Shown here piece by piece: positions 18,008 through 26,967 of a DNA stretch of 64,000 nucleotides. The position numbers and the translations under genes were made by a program. Source of the DNA: Candidatus Ozemobacteraceae bacterium (GTDB lineage Bacteria; Muiribacteriota; Ozemobacteria; Ozemobacterales; Ozemobacteraceae). The stretch lies in contig OZ223236.1 of NCBI GenBank assembly GCA_965140445.1, positions 2,432,001-2,496,000 of the forward strand. The letters are read 5' to 3'. The notes beneath the pieces were generated by a model that saw only the letters and a list, made by a program, of their open reading frames with translations, ran no database searches and had not been told where the DNA came from. Position 1 is the first letter of the stretch; each line of letters begins with the position of its first letter.

Positions 18008-19417
18008 ATGTTTTCCAAAATACTGATTGCTAATAGAGGCGAAATCGCCGTTCGAATAATTCGCACCTGCAAAAGACTTGGCGTAAAAACCGTTGCTGTT
18101 TATTCTGAAGCTGATAGAGAGTCTCTTCATGTCAGAATGGCAGATGAAGCTTATTGCATCGGACCGGCAAGACCTGATTTGTCATATTTGAATATTCCAA
18201 ATATTCTTTCGGTAGCAAATGCTACGAATTGCGAAGCAATACATCCAGGTTATGGATTTTTATCTGAAAATCCAAGTTTTGCTGAAATTACTGAAAAATG
18301 TGGGTTTGTTTTTATTGGCCCGGATTATAAAGCCATTGAAAGAATGGGACAAAAATCAGTAGCAAGGGATTTAATGAGCCGCTCCGGAGTCCCGATTATG
18401 CCTGGCTCTCCAACTGCAATAGAAAATTCTGCAGATGCCTTGATTGTTGCAAGAGAAATTGGTTTTCCTGTCCTTGTTAAGGCTACTTCTGGTGGTGGCG
18501 GCAAAGGAATGCGCTACGTGGAAAAAGAAGAAGATTTTGAAGGTCTGTTTCATATGGCTCAGGCAGAAGCCCAGGCATCATTCGGAGACAACAGGGTTTA
18601 TGTAGAAAAATTTATGAAGAATCCACGACATGTTGAAGTTCAGATTATTGCTGACAGACATGGTAATGTGGTTGCCCTTGGAGAGAGAGAGTGCTCTATC
18701 CAGAGAAGGCACCAGAAGCTTATAGAAGAATCACCGTCTCCAGCTGTTTCTCCAGATTTAAGGAAAAAAATGGCTGAGACTGCTATAAAAGCAGCAAAGG
18801 CTATTAAGTATCATAATGCCGGGACAATTGAATTCCTTTTAGACAGTGATGGCCAGTTCTTTTTCATGGAAATGAATACAAGATTGCAGGTTGAGCATCC
18901 AGTTACAGAAATGGTTTGTAATTATGATCTGGTTGAGCTTCAGCTAAGAGTTGCAGCCGGTGAAGAACTACCCATGAAAGAGGATCTTGTAGAGCCACAA
19001 GGTTGGGCTATTGAATGTCGAATAAATGCGGAAGATCCTGAAAACGGTTTCATACCTTGCCCTGGAGTTATTGAAAAATATCTTGTTCCCGGGGGACCAT
19101 GGATCAGAGTCGACTCAGCTGCTTTCCAGGATTATCTGGTAAGTTCTAACTATGATTCTATGGTTGCAAAGCTTATTGTTTGGGGACGCAATCGAGAAGA
19201 AGCTATGGATAGAATGATTTCAGCTCTTAAAGAGTATGAAATTCATGGTATTGAAACAACAATACCTTTCCATCTTCACGTTATGAGTCACCCGGATTTC
19301 CGATCTGGAAATTTTTCTACCAATTTTGTTGATAAAAATTTCGACTCTTTTATAAATTCCATAAAAGAAGAAAAAGCAGAAAAGCCAGAGGTAAAAACAC
19401 TAACGGCTACTGCATAG
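18008..19417 (+). CDS. accC: acetyl-CoA carboxylase biotin carboxylase
   Basis: KILIANRGEIAVR, HPGYGFLSEN, GGGGKGMR, EMNTRLQVEHPVTE and YDSMVAKLI. Confidence 0.95.
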   Translation: MFSKILIANRGEIAVRIIRTCKRLGVKTVAVYSEADRESLHVRMADEAYCIGPARPDLSYLNIPNILSVANATNCEAIHPGYGFLSENPSFAEITEKCGFVFIGPDYKAIERMGQKSVARDLMSRSGVPIMPGSPTAIENSADALIVAREIGFPVLVKATSGGGGKGMRYVEKEEDFEGLFHMAQAEAQASFGDNRVYVEKFMKNPRHVEVQIIADRHGNVVALGERECSIQRRHQKLIEESPSPAVSPDLRKKMAETAIKAAKAIKYHNAGTIEFLLDSDGQFFFMEMNTRLQVEHPVTEMVCNYDLVELQLRVAAGEELPMKEDLVEPQGWAIECRINAEDPENGFIPCPGVIEKYLVPGGPWIRVDSAAFQDYLVSSNYDSMVAKLIVWGRNREEAMDRMISALKEYEIHGIETTIPFHLHVMSHPDFRSGNFSTNFVDKNFDSFINSIKEEKAEKPEVKTLTATA

Positions 19418-19431
19418 GTTATTGGTGAAAA

Positions 19432-20688
19432 ATGTCATTTGACACAATTACAGAAATTCCCTTTCCAGCGAAGGTTCTTAAAGTAAAGGACCTTACCGGG
19501 CATATAAAGAGCCTTCTGGAAAGGGATTCTCTTTTGCAGGGCGTATGGATTCAGGGAGAAATCTCGAATCTTGTCAGGGCAGCTTCTGGGCATTGTTACC
19601 TGACCTTGAAAGATGAAAAGTCTACAGTTAAAGCCGCACTTTGGGCTGGTAACCGGAGAAGGATTAAAACTGAATTCAAAAACGGCGACCAGGTACTCGT
19701 TTATGGCTCAATCTCGGTTTATTTACCAAGAGGCGAATACCAGATTATAATAAACGATATTCGCCCTGTTGGTATCGGAGCTTTATACGAAGCTTTTGAA
19801 AAATTGAAAAGCAAGCTTGGCGCTGAAGGGCTTTTCGATCCAGACAGAAAGCTTCCGCTACCATTCCTTCCAAAAGGCATAGGAATTGTAACTTCTTCAA
19901 CCGGAGCGGTAATTCAGGATATTTTCAGAGTAATCAGAAGGCGATATCCCAACATGCCTCTTTATCTTGTTCCAGCTAAGGTTCAGGGAGCTGGCGCTGC
20001 AGACGAGATTGTGACTGGTATTAATCGCCTGATAAAAGATGAACGTGTGGATGTAATTATCATTGGTCGCGGGGGTGGAAGCCTTGAAGATTTGTGGCCT
20101 TTCAATGAAGAAAAGGTTGCGAGGGCTATTGCCGCTTCTCATAAGCCAATTGTTTCAGCTGTTGGTCACGAGACTGATACCACTATTGCTGATTTTGTCG
20201 CTGACATAAGAGCAGCTACTCCATCGGTTGCAGGTGAACTGGTGGTGCCGGTTAAAGCCGATCTCTCAGGTGCTGTTGAGAGACAGAGTAAGAGGCTTGT
20301 GCGATCTTTAAAAATGAATCTTGAGCTGGCAAGGAAGAACTATAGACAGCTTGAGAGTTGTCGTTTCTTGAAAAAGCCATCTTTGCTTGTTGCTGAGCGA
20401 AGAATTTATATTATGAATTTATCAAAGGATCTTGAAGGATTCTTTAAACGTTTTGTGTCTTCTGCCAGGCATCGATTTGAGCTTTTAAAATCAGGCCTTG
20501 AAAATTTAAACCCAAAAGCTCTTTTAAGCCGAGGGTTTATTATGGCACAGGATCTCGATGGAAAAGTTATTACCTCAGTCTCTCAGTTAAAGTCCAGACA
20601 ATCTTTAAATCTTATGTTTGCTGATGGTGAAGCTGAAGTCGGTGTAAAAAAAGTTAAAAAAGTAGATGGAGCTGATAATGATGAATGA
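19432..20688 (+). CDS. xseA: exodeoxyribonuclease VII large subunit
   Basis: GEISN, SGHCYLTLKD, RGGGSLEDLWPFNEE and SAVGHETD. Confidence 0.97.
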   Translation: MSFDTITEIPFPAKVLKVKDLTGHIKSLLERDSLLQGVWIQGEISNLVRAASGHCYLTLKDEKSTVKAALWAGNRRRIKTEFKNGDQVLVYGSISVYLPRGEYQIIINDIRPVGIGALYEAFEKLKSKLGAEGLFDPDRKLPLPFLPKGIGIVTSSTGAVIQDIFRVIRRRYPNMPLYLVPAKVQGAGAADEIVTGINRLIKDERVDVIIIGRGGGSLEDLWPFNEEKVARAIAASHKPIVSAVGHETDTTIADFVADIRAATPSVAGELVVPVKADLSGAVERQSKRLVRSLKMNLELARKNYRQLESCRFLKKPSLLVAERRIYIMNLSKDLEGFFKRFVSSARHRFELLKSGLENLNPKALLSRGFIMAQDLDGKVITSVSQLKSRQSLNLMFADGEAEVGVKKVKKVDGADNDE

Positions 20689-20959
20689 AGAATTAAAAGA
20701 AATCCTGGAACTCTCAGAAGAACAGATAAAAAATCTCAGTTATGAGTCAGCCATGGAAAAGTTGGAAGTTGTTGTTAATGCTCTGGAGGAGGAGGGAACT
20801 CCTTTAGAAATGGGTTTAAGGCTTTATGAATTAGGAACAATTTTGTCCAGAAAATGCGGCCAGATATTGGATTCAACTGAAGAAAAAATGGTTCAATTAC
20901 TTGGTACCGTAGAGAACCCCAAGGAAGAAAATTTTAATCCAGAGGATGATGGAAGATAG
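20678..20959 (+). CDS. xseB: exodeoxyribonuclease VII small subunit
   Basis: SYESAMEKLEVVVNALEE...LYELG...C; located after xseA. Confidence 0.9.
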   Translation: MMNEELKEILELSEEQIKNLSYESAMEKLEVVVNALEEEGTPLEMGLRLYELGTILSRKCGQILDSTEEKMVQLLGTVENPKEENFNPEDDGR

Positions 20960-20961
20960 TT

Positions 20962-21855
20962 TTGGATACATTTGAATCTACATTAAAAAGCGAATCAAAT
21001 AGAATTGATCAGAAGCTAAAAACATGGCTTCCCAATACCGGTGCAACACGTCTGCTACAGTTTAATGAAGCAGTTAGATATAGTGCTTTAGCCGGTGGAA
21101 AAAGGATTCGTCCGATTCTTTGTCTTTTTGTTGCTGAAGCCTATGGAATTGGTTTAGATGCTGCAATCAAAACAGGGTGCGCAATAGAACTAATTCACTG
21201 TTATTCACTTGTCCATGACGATTTGCCGGCTATGGATAATGATGACTTTAGAAGGGGCAAGCCAACCAATCATAAAGTTTATGGCGAGGCGGTTGCAATA
21301 TTAGTAGGGGACAGTTTATTGACTTTAGCCTTTAAATGGCTTTCTGAACTTGAGCAGCTTGGGGTTTCCCCTGAAAAATGCCTGCAGATAATTAGTTTAA
21401 TAAGCTCTGCAGCAGGACATGAAGGCATGATTGGCGGCCAGATTCTTGATCTCGCAGGTGAGAATAAGGATTTAAGCTTTGAGGATTTAAAAGCTATACA
21501 TTCAAGAAAAACTGGCGCACTTATAAAAGCCCCAATTATTTGTGGTGCTTTGCTCGCCAATGCCCCGGAAGCAGATCTTGAAAAACTCACCCTGTTTTCT
21601 GAAAAGTTAGGGCTTCTATTTCAGGTGGTGGATGACATTCTCGACATAGAAGGTGATCTTGAAACTCTTGGAAAACTTCCTGGAAGTGATATAAAACTTG
21701 GCAAATCAACTTATCCGTCTATACTTGGTATTGACGTTGCAAAAAAAATGGCCTCCGAACTATATCAAGAGGCCGTGGAAATCCTTGATGGATTGAGCGT
21801 AACAAATACAAAGCTTTTAAAGCTTACAGAGTTTTTATATACTAGAAAAAATTAA
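20962..21855 (+). CDS. ispA: farnesyl/geranylgeranyl diphosphate synthase
   Basis: GGKRIRP, DDLPAMDNDDFRRG, KTGAL and FQVVDDILD. Confidence 0.95.
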   Translation: MDTFESTLKSESNRIDQKLKTWLPNTGATRLLQFNEAVRYSALAGGKRIRPILCLFVAEAYGIGLDAAIKTGCAIELIHCYSLVHDDLPAMDNDDFRRGKPTNHKVYGEAVAILVGDSLLTLAFKWLSELEQLGVSPEKCLQIISLISSAAGHEGMIGGQILDLAGENKDLSFEDLKAIHSRKTGALIKAPIICGALLANAPEADLEKLTLFSEKLGLLFQVVDDILDIEGDLETLGKLPGSDIKLGKSTYPSILGIDVAKKMASELYQEAVEILDGLSVTNTKLLKLTEFLYTRKN

Positions 21856-21877
21856 CAGAATTGGAAGGGAGACTTTA

Positions 21878-22561
21878 GTGGAACAGGCAGACTCCGTTTT
21901 TGCTATTGTTGTGGCTGGCGGAATGGGAACTAGAATGAATAGCGGTGTCCCGAAGCAGTTCCTTTCTCTCAAGGGAAAACCAGTTGTTCAATGGAGCTTA
22001 GATTGTTTTAATCAAACTCCTGAAGTTGAAGAGATAGTATTGGTACTCCCGGAGAGTTGGTTAGATGAAGGACGTGATAAATTAATTGGCTTTGATCCTT
22101 TAAAGCCTTTTACACTTGTTGTTGGTGGAGAAACTCGTCAGGAGTCTGTGGCTCAGGGACTTGCCTCTATTACAGCTGAAGATGGTTGGGTAATAATTCA
22201 TGATGGCGCACGGCCAGCTATAAGCTGCGAACTGATTGTGAGAACTTTAAAAGTCGCCCAGGAGAAAGGAAACGCAGTATGCGCAGTTCCTTCCAATGAC
22301 ACCCTGGTTAAGGTTGCTGATGGCCAGGTAGTGGCTCAGATTGATCGAAATGAGATTTATAGGGTTCAGACACCACAAATTTTTCGTCTGGCAAAACTTA
22401 GAAAAGCCATTGAATTTGCCAGGCAAAATGGAATAACCGGAACAGATGATTCTGGCTTGATGCGAGAGATCGGAGAGGTTATAAACCTCGTAGATGGAAC
22501 TGATTTGAATGTAAAGATAACCAGAGAAGATGATCTGGAGATTTTGGAAGCATTACTTTAA
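21878..22561 (+). CDS. ispD: 2-C-methyl-D-erythritol 4-phosphate cytidylyltransferase
   Basis: AGGMGTRM..PKQF, GGETRQESV, IHDGARP, QTPQIF and TDD. Confidence 0.95.
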   Translation: MEQADSVFAIVVAGGMGTRMNSGVPKQFLSLKGKPVVQWSLDCFNQTPEVEEIVLVLPESWLDEGRDKLIGFDPLKPFTLVVGGETRQESVAQGLASITAEDGWVIIHDGARPAISCELIVRTLKVAQEKGNAVCAVPSNDTLVKVADGQVVAQIDRNEIYRVQTPQIFRLAKLRKAIEFARQNGITGTDDSGLMREIGEVINLVDGTDLNVKITREDDLEILEALL

Positions 22562-22573
22562 AAGGGCCAGGCG

Positions 22574-23452
22574 ATGAAAAAAACTCTGATTGTGCATGCT
22601 CCAGCTAAAATTAATGTTGGGCTTTGGGTTAAGGAAAAGAGAAACGATGGTTTTCATGAATTAGCAAGTATAATGCAGACCATTTCATTGGCAGATACAA
22701 TTACCCTCAAAGAAACTCGAGAAGAGGGAATACATATTTTTTGTGATAATCCGGCAGTTCCAACTGATTCAACGAACCTTGTTCATAAAGCTGCTACATT
22801 GTTTCTGGATAAATTCGATATTAAGCCGGCTGTTACAATTAATATAGAGAAAAAAATCCCGGTAGCCGCCGGATTAGCTGGAGGCAGCACTGATGCTGCA
22901 GCAGTTTTAACTGGTTTGGCCAGAATGTATGATAAGCCAATCACTGTTCCAGATATAATGAAAATTTCAAGTTCAATAGGTTCTGATGTGCCCTTTGTCG
23001 TTCACGGCGGATTAGCTATTGCAGAGGGCAGGGGAGAACAACTCAAGTTCTTTGAACCACCAAGACCTCCTTATGCGGTAGTAATAGTAGTTCCACAGGG
23101 AGTTCAGGTTTCAACTAAATGGGCTTATGATAATTATCAGCCAGGTGAGAATTCGGTTAAAGCAGCAGCATTTGAGGGAATTTTCCAGGCTTACAAGCGT
23201 AGAGATATTGATACTCTAAGAAAATTGGTATTTAATGATCTTGAGTCGGTGACGTTGCATCGTCATCCTGAAGTTCAGAGAATAAAGGAATTATTGTCAA
23301 TGACAGGTGAAGGAGTTATTTTAATGTCTGGCAGTGGCCCTTCTGTTTTTGGCCTGTTTTCGGATCGAAAAGCTGCATTAAATGCTCTGAAAAATCTTCA
23401 TGGCGAGCCAGTCGATGCTTTTATAGAGCACACAACGCGAAAGAATTTCTAA
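22574..23452 (+). CDS. ispE: CDP-ME kinase
   Basis: APAKIN, KKIPVAAGLAGGSTDAAA, GSDVPF and MSGSGPSVF. Confidence 0.95.
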   Translation: MKKTLIVHAPAKINVGLWVKEKRNDGFHELASIMQTISLADTITLKETREEGIHIFCDNPAVPTDSTNLVHKAATLFLDKFDIKPAVTINIEKKIPVAAGLAGGSTDAAAVLTGLARMYDKPITVPDIMKISSSIGSDVPFVVHGGLAIAEGRGEQLKFFEPPRPPYAVVIVVPQGVQVSTKWAYDNYQPGENSVKAAAFEGIFQAYKRRDIDTLRKLVFNDLESVTLHRHPEVQRIKELLSMTGEGVILMSGSGPSVFGLFSDRKAALNALKNLHGEPVDAFIEHTTRKNF

Positions 23453-23463
23453 CAGGTAAACAA

Positions 23464-24621
23464 ATGAAAAACATCTCTGTTCTTGGCGCTACAGGTTCAA
23501 TTGGGCTTAGCACTCTTGATATTGCTAGAAGTAATCCATCCAGAATCAAAATTGAAGCCTTATGTGCTGGAAGAAATTATAAGAAATTAGCTGAACAAGC
23601 AATCGAATTTAAACCTTCATACGTTGCAATTGCAGATGCCAGTTTTGAAGCTCCTTTAAAAGATTTATTAAAGGGGTATGATATTAAGGTTGAGTCTGGT
23701 CCCCAATCTATAATAGAGGCTGCAACATGCAAAAAAGCAGATATGGTTATAGCGGCAATCGTTGGGGCGGCTGGGCTGGAGCCTGTTATGGCTGCAATAG
23801 ACTCTGGAAAAGATATTGGTCTGGCAAATAAAGAAACCCTTGTTGTTGGCGGAAAAATCGTAATGGAAGCTGTTAAAAGCAAAGGTGTCGCCTTGTTGCC
23901 TGTGGATAGTGAGCATTCTGCAATTTTCCAATGTTTGCCACATCATAATAAAAATAAAAAAGTAAGAAAAATAATTATTACTGCTTCTGGTGGTCCCTTC
24001 AGGACATGGGATTCAAATCAGTTAAAGGACATTAGGGTAGAGCAGGCTTTAAAACATCCAAATTGGGATATGGGCGGCAAAATTACTATTGATTCTGCTA
24101 CTTTAATGAATAAAGGGCTTGAAGTAATTGAAGCGCGATGGCTTTTCGGAATGGACTTTGAACAGATTCAGGTCGTTGTTCACCCCCAGTCCATAGTTCA
24201 CAGTCTTGTAGAATTTACTGATGGTTCTGTTCTGGCTCAGATGGGATGGCCCGATATGAAGCTTCCTATACAATATGCAATCAGCTATCCAGACAGGTGG
24301 GGAGAAGCTCTCAAACCACTGGATCTGGTTAAAGCCGGATCTCTAACCTTTGAAGAACCAAGAATAAATGATTTCCCTTGTCTTGATATTGCTTTTAAAT
24401 GTGGAAAAAAAGGCGGGGATAGACCATGCGTAATGAATGCTGCTAATGAAATTGCTGTAGAGCAATTCTTGCAGAAAAAAATTGGTTTTCAGCAAATTCC
24501 CGAGATTATTTCTAAAACCCTGAAGGATGTTAAATTTTCTGAACCAGATAGCATCCCTGCTTTACTAAAAATTGATAAAAAAGCTCGAGAATTGGCTTAT
24601 TCACATATTGATAAAAGTTAG
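23464..24621 (+). CDS. dxr: 1-deoxy-D-xylulose 5-phosphate reductoisomerase
   Basis: LGATGSIG, LANKE, LPVDSEHSAIFQ and HPNWDMGGKITIDSATLMNKGLE. Confidence 0.97.
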   Translation: MKNISVLGATGSIGLSTLDIARSNPSRIKIEALCAGRNYKKLAEQAIEFKPSYVAIADASFEAPLKDLLKGYDIKVESGPQSIIEAATCKKADMVIAAIVGAAGLEPVMAAIDSGKDIGLANKETLVVGGKIVMEAVKSKGVALLPVDSEHSAIFQCLPHHNKNKKVRKIIITASGGPFRTWDSNQLKDIRVEQALKHPNWDMGGKITIDSATLMNKGLEVIEARWLFGMDFEQIQVVVHPQSIVHSLVEFTDGSVLAQMGWPDMKLPIQYAISYPDRWGEALKPLDLVKAGSLTFEEPRINDFPCLDIAFKCGKKGGDRPCVMNAANEIAVEQFLQKKIGFQQIPEIISKTLKDVKFSEPDSIPALLKIDKKARELAYSHIDKS

Positions 24622-24636
24622 ATTGAGGTTGTAACA

Positions 24637-25116
24637 TTGGATATACGAATTGGCTTAGGGCACGATATACATGCACTGGTTGAAGGAAGAGAACTTTGGC
24701 TGGGCGGAATTAAAATTCCATATTCTAAAGGATTAAAAGGACACTCAGACGCAGATGCTTTAATTCATGCGGTAATGGATGCTATTCTAGGTGCTCTGGC
24801 GGCTGGAGATATTGGTCAACATTTTCCTGATACAGATCCAAAATACAAAGGGATTAGCTCGGTAAAATTACTCAACCATGTTGTTTCATTAGCTCTGGAA
24901 AAGGGATATGTCGTTGGAAACCTGGATTGCATGATTCATGCAGAAAAACCAAAATTGGCAGATTATAAGTTGATGATGCAAAAAGAGCTTGCTTCAGCTC
25001 TAAATGTCGAGATTAATAGAGTCTCGGTTAAAGCAGGAACAAATGAAGGATTTGAGTCTATTGGTCGTGGGGAATCCATCGCCTGTCAGGCTATCGTTTT
25101 AATGAAACATGTATAA
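24637..25116 (+). CDS. ispF: MEcPP synthase
   Basis: RIGLGHDIH, GHSDADALIHA and GDIGQHFPDTD. Confidence 0.97.
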   Translation: MDIRIGLGHDIHALVEGRELWLGGIKIPYSKGLKGHSDADALIHAVMDAILGALAAGDIGQHFPDTDPKYKGISSVKLLNHVVSLALEKGYVVGNLDCMIHAEKPKLADYKLMMQKELASALNVEINRVSVKAGTNEGFESIGRGESIACQAIVLMKHV

Positions 25117-25161
25117 TGCACGGGTTACAATAGGCATTGATTTGTGATAAATTAAGTTGTT

Positions 25162-25710
25162 ATGAAACCAAAGAATAGTAAAAATTCAAATTTAATTATT
25201 GGAATTGGCTACTGCCTTGTGGCGGTAATTATTCTTTTTAACTACCTTAGTAGTTCCAGAACTCCTGAACGAATTGCAAAGATTGCAAAAAAATATTCTT
25301 CTAACCCACAAGAAAGCAAAATTGATGGAAACTTTGATTATCTGAAAAAGCAGCTGGAAGAAGAAAAAAAACTTAATAGAGAGATGCGTGATTTCATTAA
25401 AACTTACCAAAATGTAATGGCATCTGGCGATTTTAATAAGGTAAATCAAAGAGTAAATAACTCTATGTTTAGTCTGGGAGATAATCTCCCGCATTTGAAA
25501 GAATTTGAAATTTCTTTTGAAAAACCGATTTCAATGATTCCCTTTGAAATGGAAAAAAATCCCTTTTCGCCTTTAAGAATGCGAAAAGGTGCTGATAAAG
25601 TTTTACCCGGAAGTTTTCCGTTAGCAAATACTCTAAAGTGTGATCCAATTGTTCCTTTCTTGATTGGTGGCGCTGGGAGTGACGTAAGAGTTGCTGGAAA
25701 TATACGTTAA
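25162..25710 (+). CDS. hypothetical membrane-anchored protein
   Basis: One N-terminal TM segment and a coiled segment; no recognised domain. Confidence 0.55.
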   Translation: MKPKNSKNSNLIIGIGYCLVAVIILFNYLSSSRTPERIAKIAKKYSSNPQESKIDGNFDYLKKQLEEEKKLNREMRDFIKTYQNVMASGDFNKVNQRVNNSMFSLGDNLPHLKEFEISFEKPISMIPFEMEKNPFSPLRMRKGADKVLPGSFPLANTLKCDPIVPFLIGGAGSDVRVAGNIR

Positions 25711-25781
25711 TGTTCGTTTTGCCTATAAACTTTAAGGTCTCATTTTTTTTTGATCTTTTTATAAGAAGTGGATAGCAAAGT

Positions 25782-25789
25782 GCCGATAT
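25782..25789 (+). promoter_or_regulatory. sigma28/sigmaD-like promoter
   Basis: TAAG-N16-GCCGATAT about 40 nt upstream of the LysM gene. Confidence 0.45.
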
Positions 25790-25830
25790 CTGTTCACAGA
25801 GACTAAAAAGTTACTAAGGAGATTACACAA

Positions 25831-26967
25831 ATGAGGCAAACTATGCGTTTTGCAGGACTTTTATCCCTGTTATTGTTTTCGGTTTCAAGTCTTGCAGCAG
25901 AACCAATTATTCACGGTTTTTTTATTGAAAGACTGCCCAAAGGAAAAGCTAAAGCAACAATTGCTCCGGGCAAAAGTCTGGTTCTAGCGCACATTTTCAA
26001 TTCTGATAACAAGGCAATTAAGCCAGGTGCTTATAATATTGGTGTTGAGATTGAAAATAACGGCAAGAAGAAAATGTTTGCATTAAAGCCAAACACAACA
26101 ATAAACAGCAAAAGAATGAAAACATTCAGAATGGCTGTTCCAATATCGGATTCAGAAAAACAATCTGGATATTTTAGAGTTTTTTCTAAGGTGGAAGGCA
26201 AAACTGTTTGGTCCGAAAAGTATTCTTTTCTGCAGGGAATTCATGCAAAGGGTGAAAATGGAATTACCACACTTTATACAGAAGTACCACCAGAAGCTGG
26301 AACTGTAGTGCCGCCTACTGAGATTCAATTTGAAAACAGCAAACGAAAAACAGTTGCAAAGAATGTTGAAAAAGTTACAGCAAAGACTACTAAAACGGTT
26401 GCTAAAGCTGTTTCAAGTATTCCAGTTGTTCCAACTACAGAAAAATTGAATGTTGCTTCAGCAAAGTCGTCTGACAAAGTGGTCTCTAAACTTAATACAG
26501 AAGTCTCCAAAACTGAAAAGGCTGCAAGAACAATTGATTCTTCAGAATTTAAAAAACTTAGAACTATTGATGAAGAATTAGTTATTTACGTTATAAAAGA
26601 AGGGGATACCCTCAAATCTATCGCTACTAAATACTATGGCAATCCAAACCGTGAAAGAGTTGTTGCTGACCTTAACTTCATTGAAAACCCTTCTTCAATA
26701 AAAGTTGGCGAAGAAATCATTATAGATGTAAAGCCACTTGGAAAAGAAACCTATAAAACATCTTCAACAATTACTCCTTCAAGCTCAGCTTCAGCGGAAA
26801 CTTATACGATTAAGCCAGGCGATACTCTCGGTAAAATTGCCAAACAATTATTAGGAAGAAGTTCAAAAGCTGGATTGCTTATTAAAGCTAATCCTCATCT
26901 AGACCCAAGAAACTTGAAGATAGGGACCACAATTGTAGTTCCTGAGAATAAGGGAGACAACGCATAA
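25831..26967 (+). CDS. exported protein with two C-terminal LysM domains
   Basis: Signal peptide; YVIKEGDTLKSIATKYYG and YTIKPGDTLGKIAKQLLG. Confidence 0.9.
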   Translation: MRQTMRFAGLLSLLLFSVSSLAAEPIIHGFFIERLPKGKAKATIAPGKSLVLAHIFNSDNKAIKPGAYNIGVEIENNGKKKMFALKPNTTINSKRMKTFRMAVPISDSEKQSGYFRVFSKVEGKTVWSEKYSFLQGIHAKGENGITTLYTEVPPEAGTVVPPTEIQFENSKRKTVAKNVEKVTAKTTKTVAKAVSSIPVVPTTEKLNVASAKSSDKVVSKLNTEVSKTEKAARTIDSSEFKKLRTIDEELVIYVIKEGDTLKSIATKYYGNPNRERVVADLNFIENPSSIKVGEEIIIDVKPLGKETYKTSSTITPSSSASAETYTIKPGDTLGKIAKQLLGRSSKAGLLIKANPHLDPRNLKIGTTIVVPENKGDNA

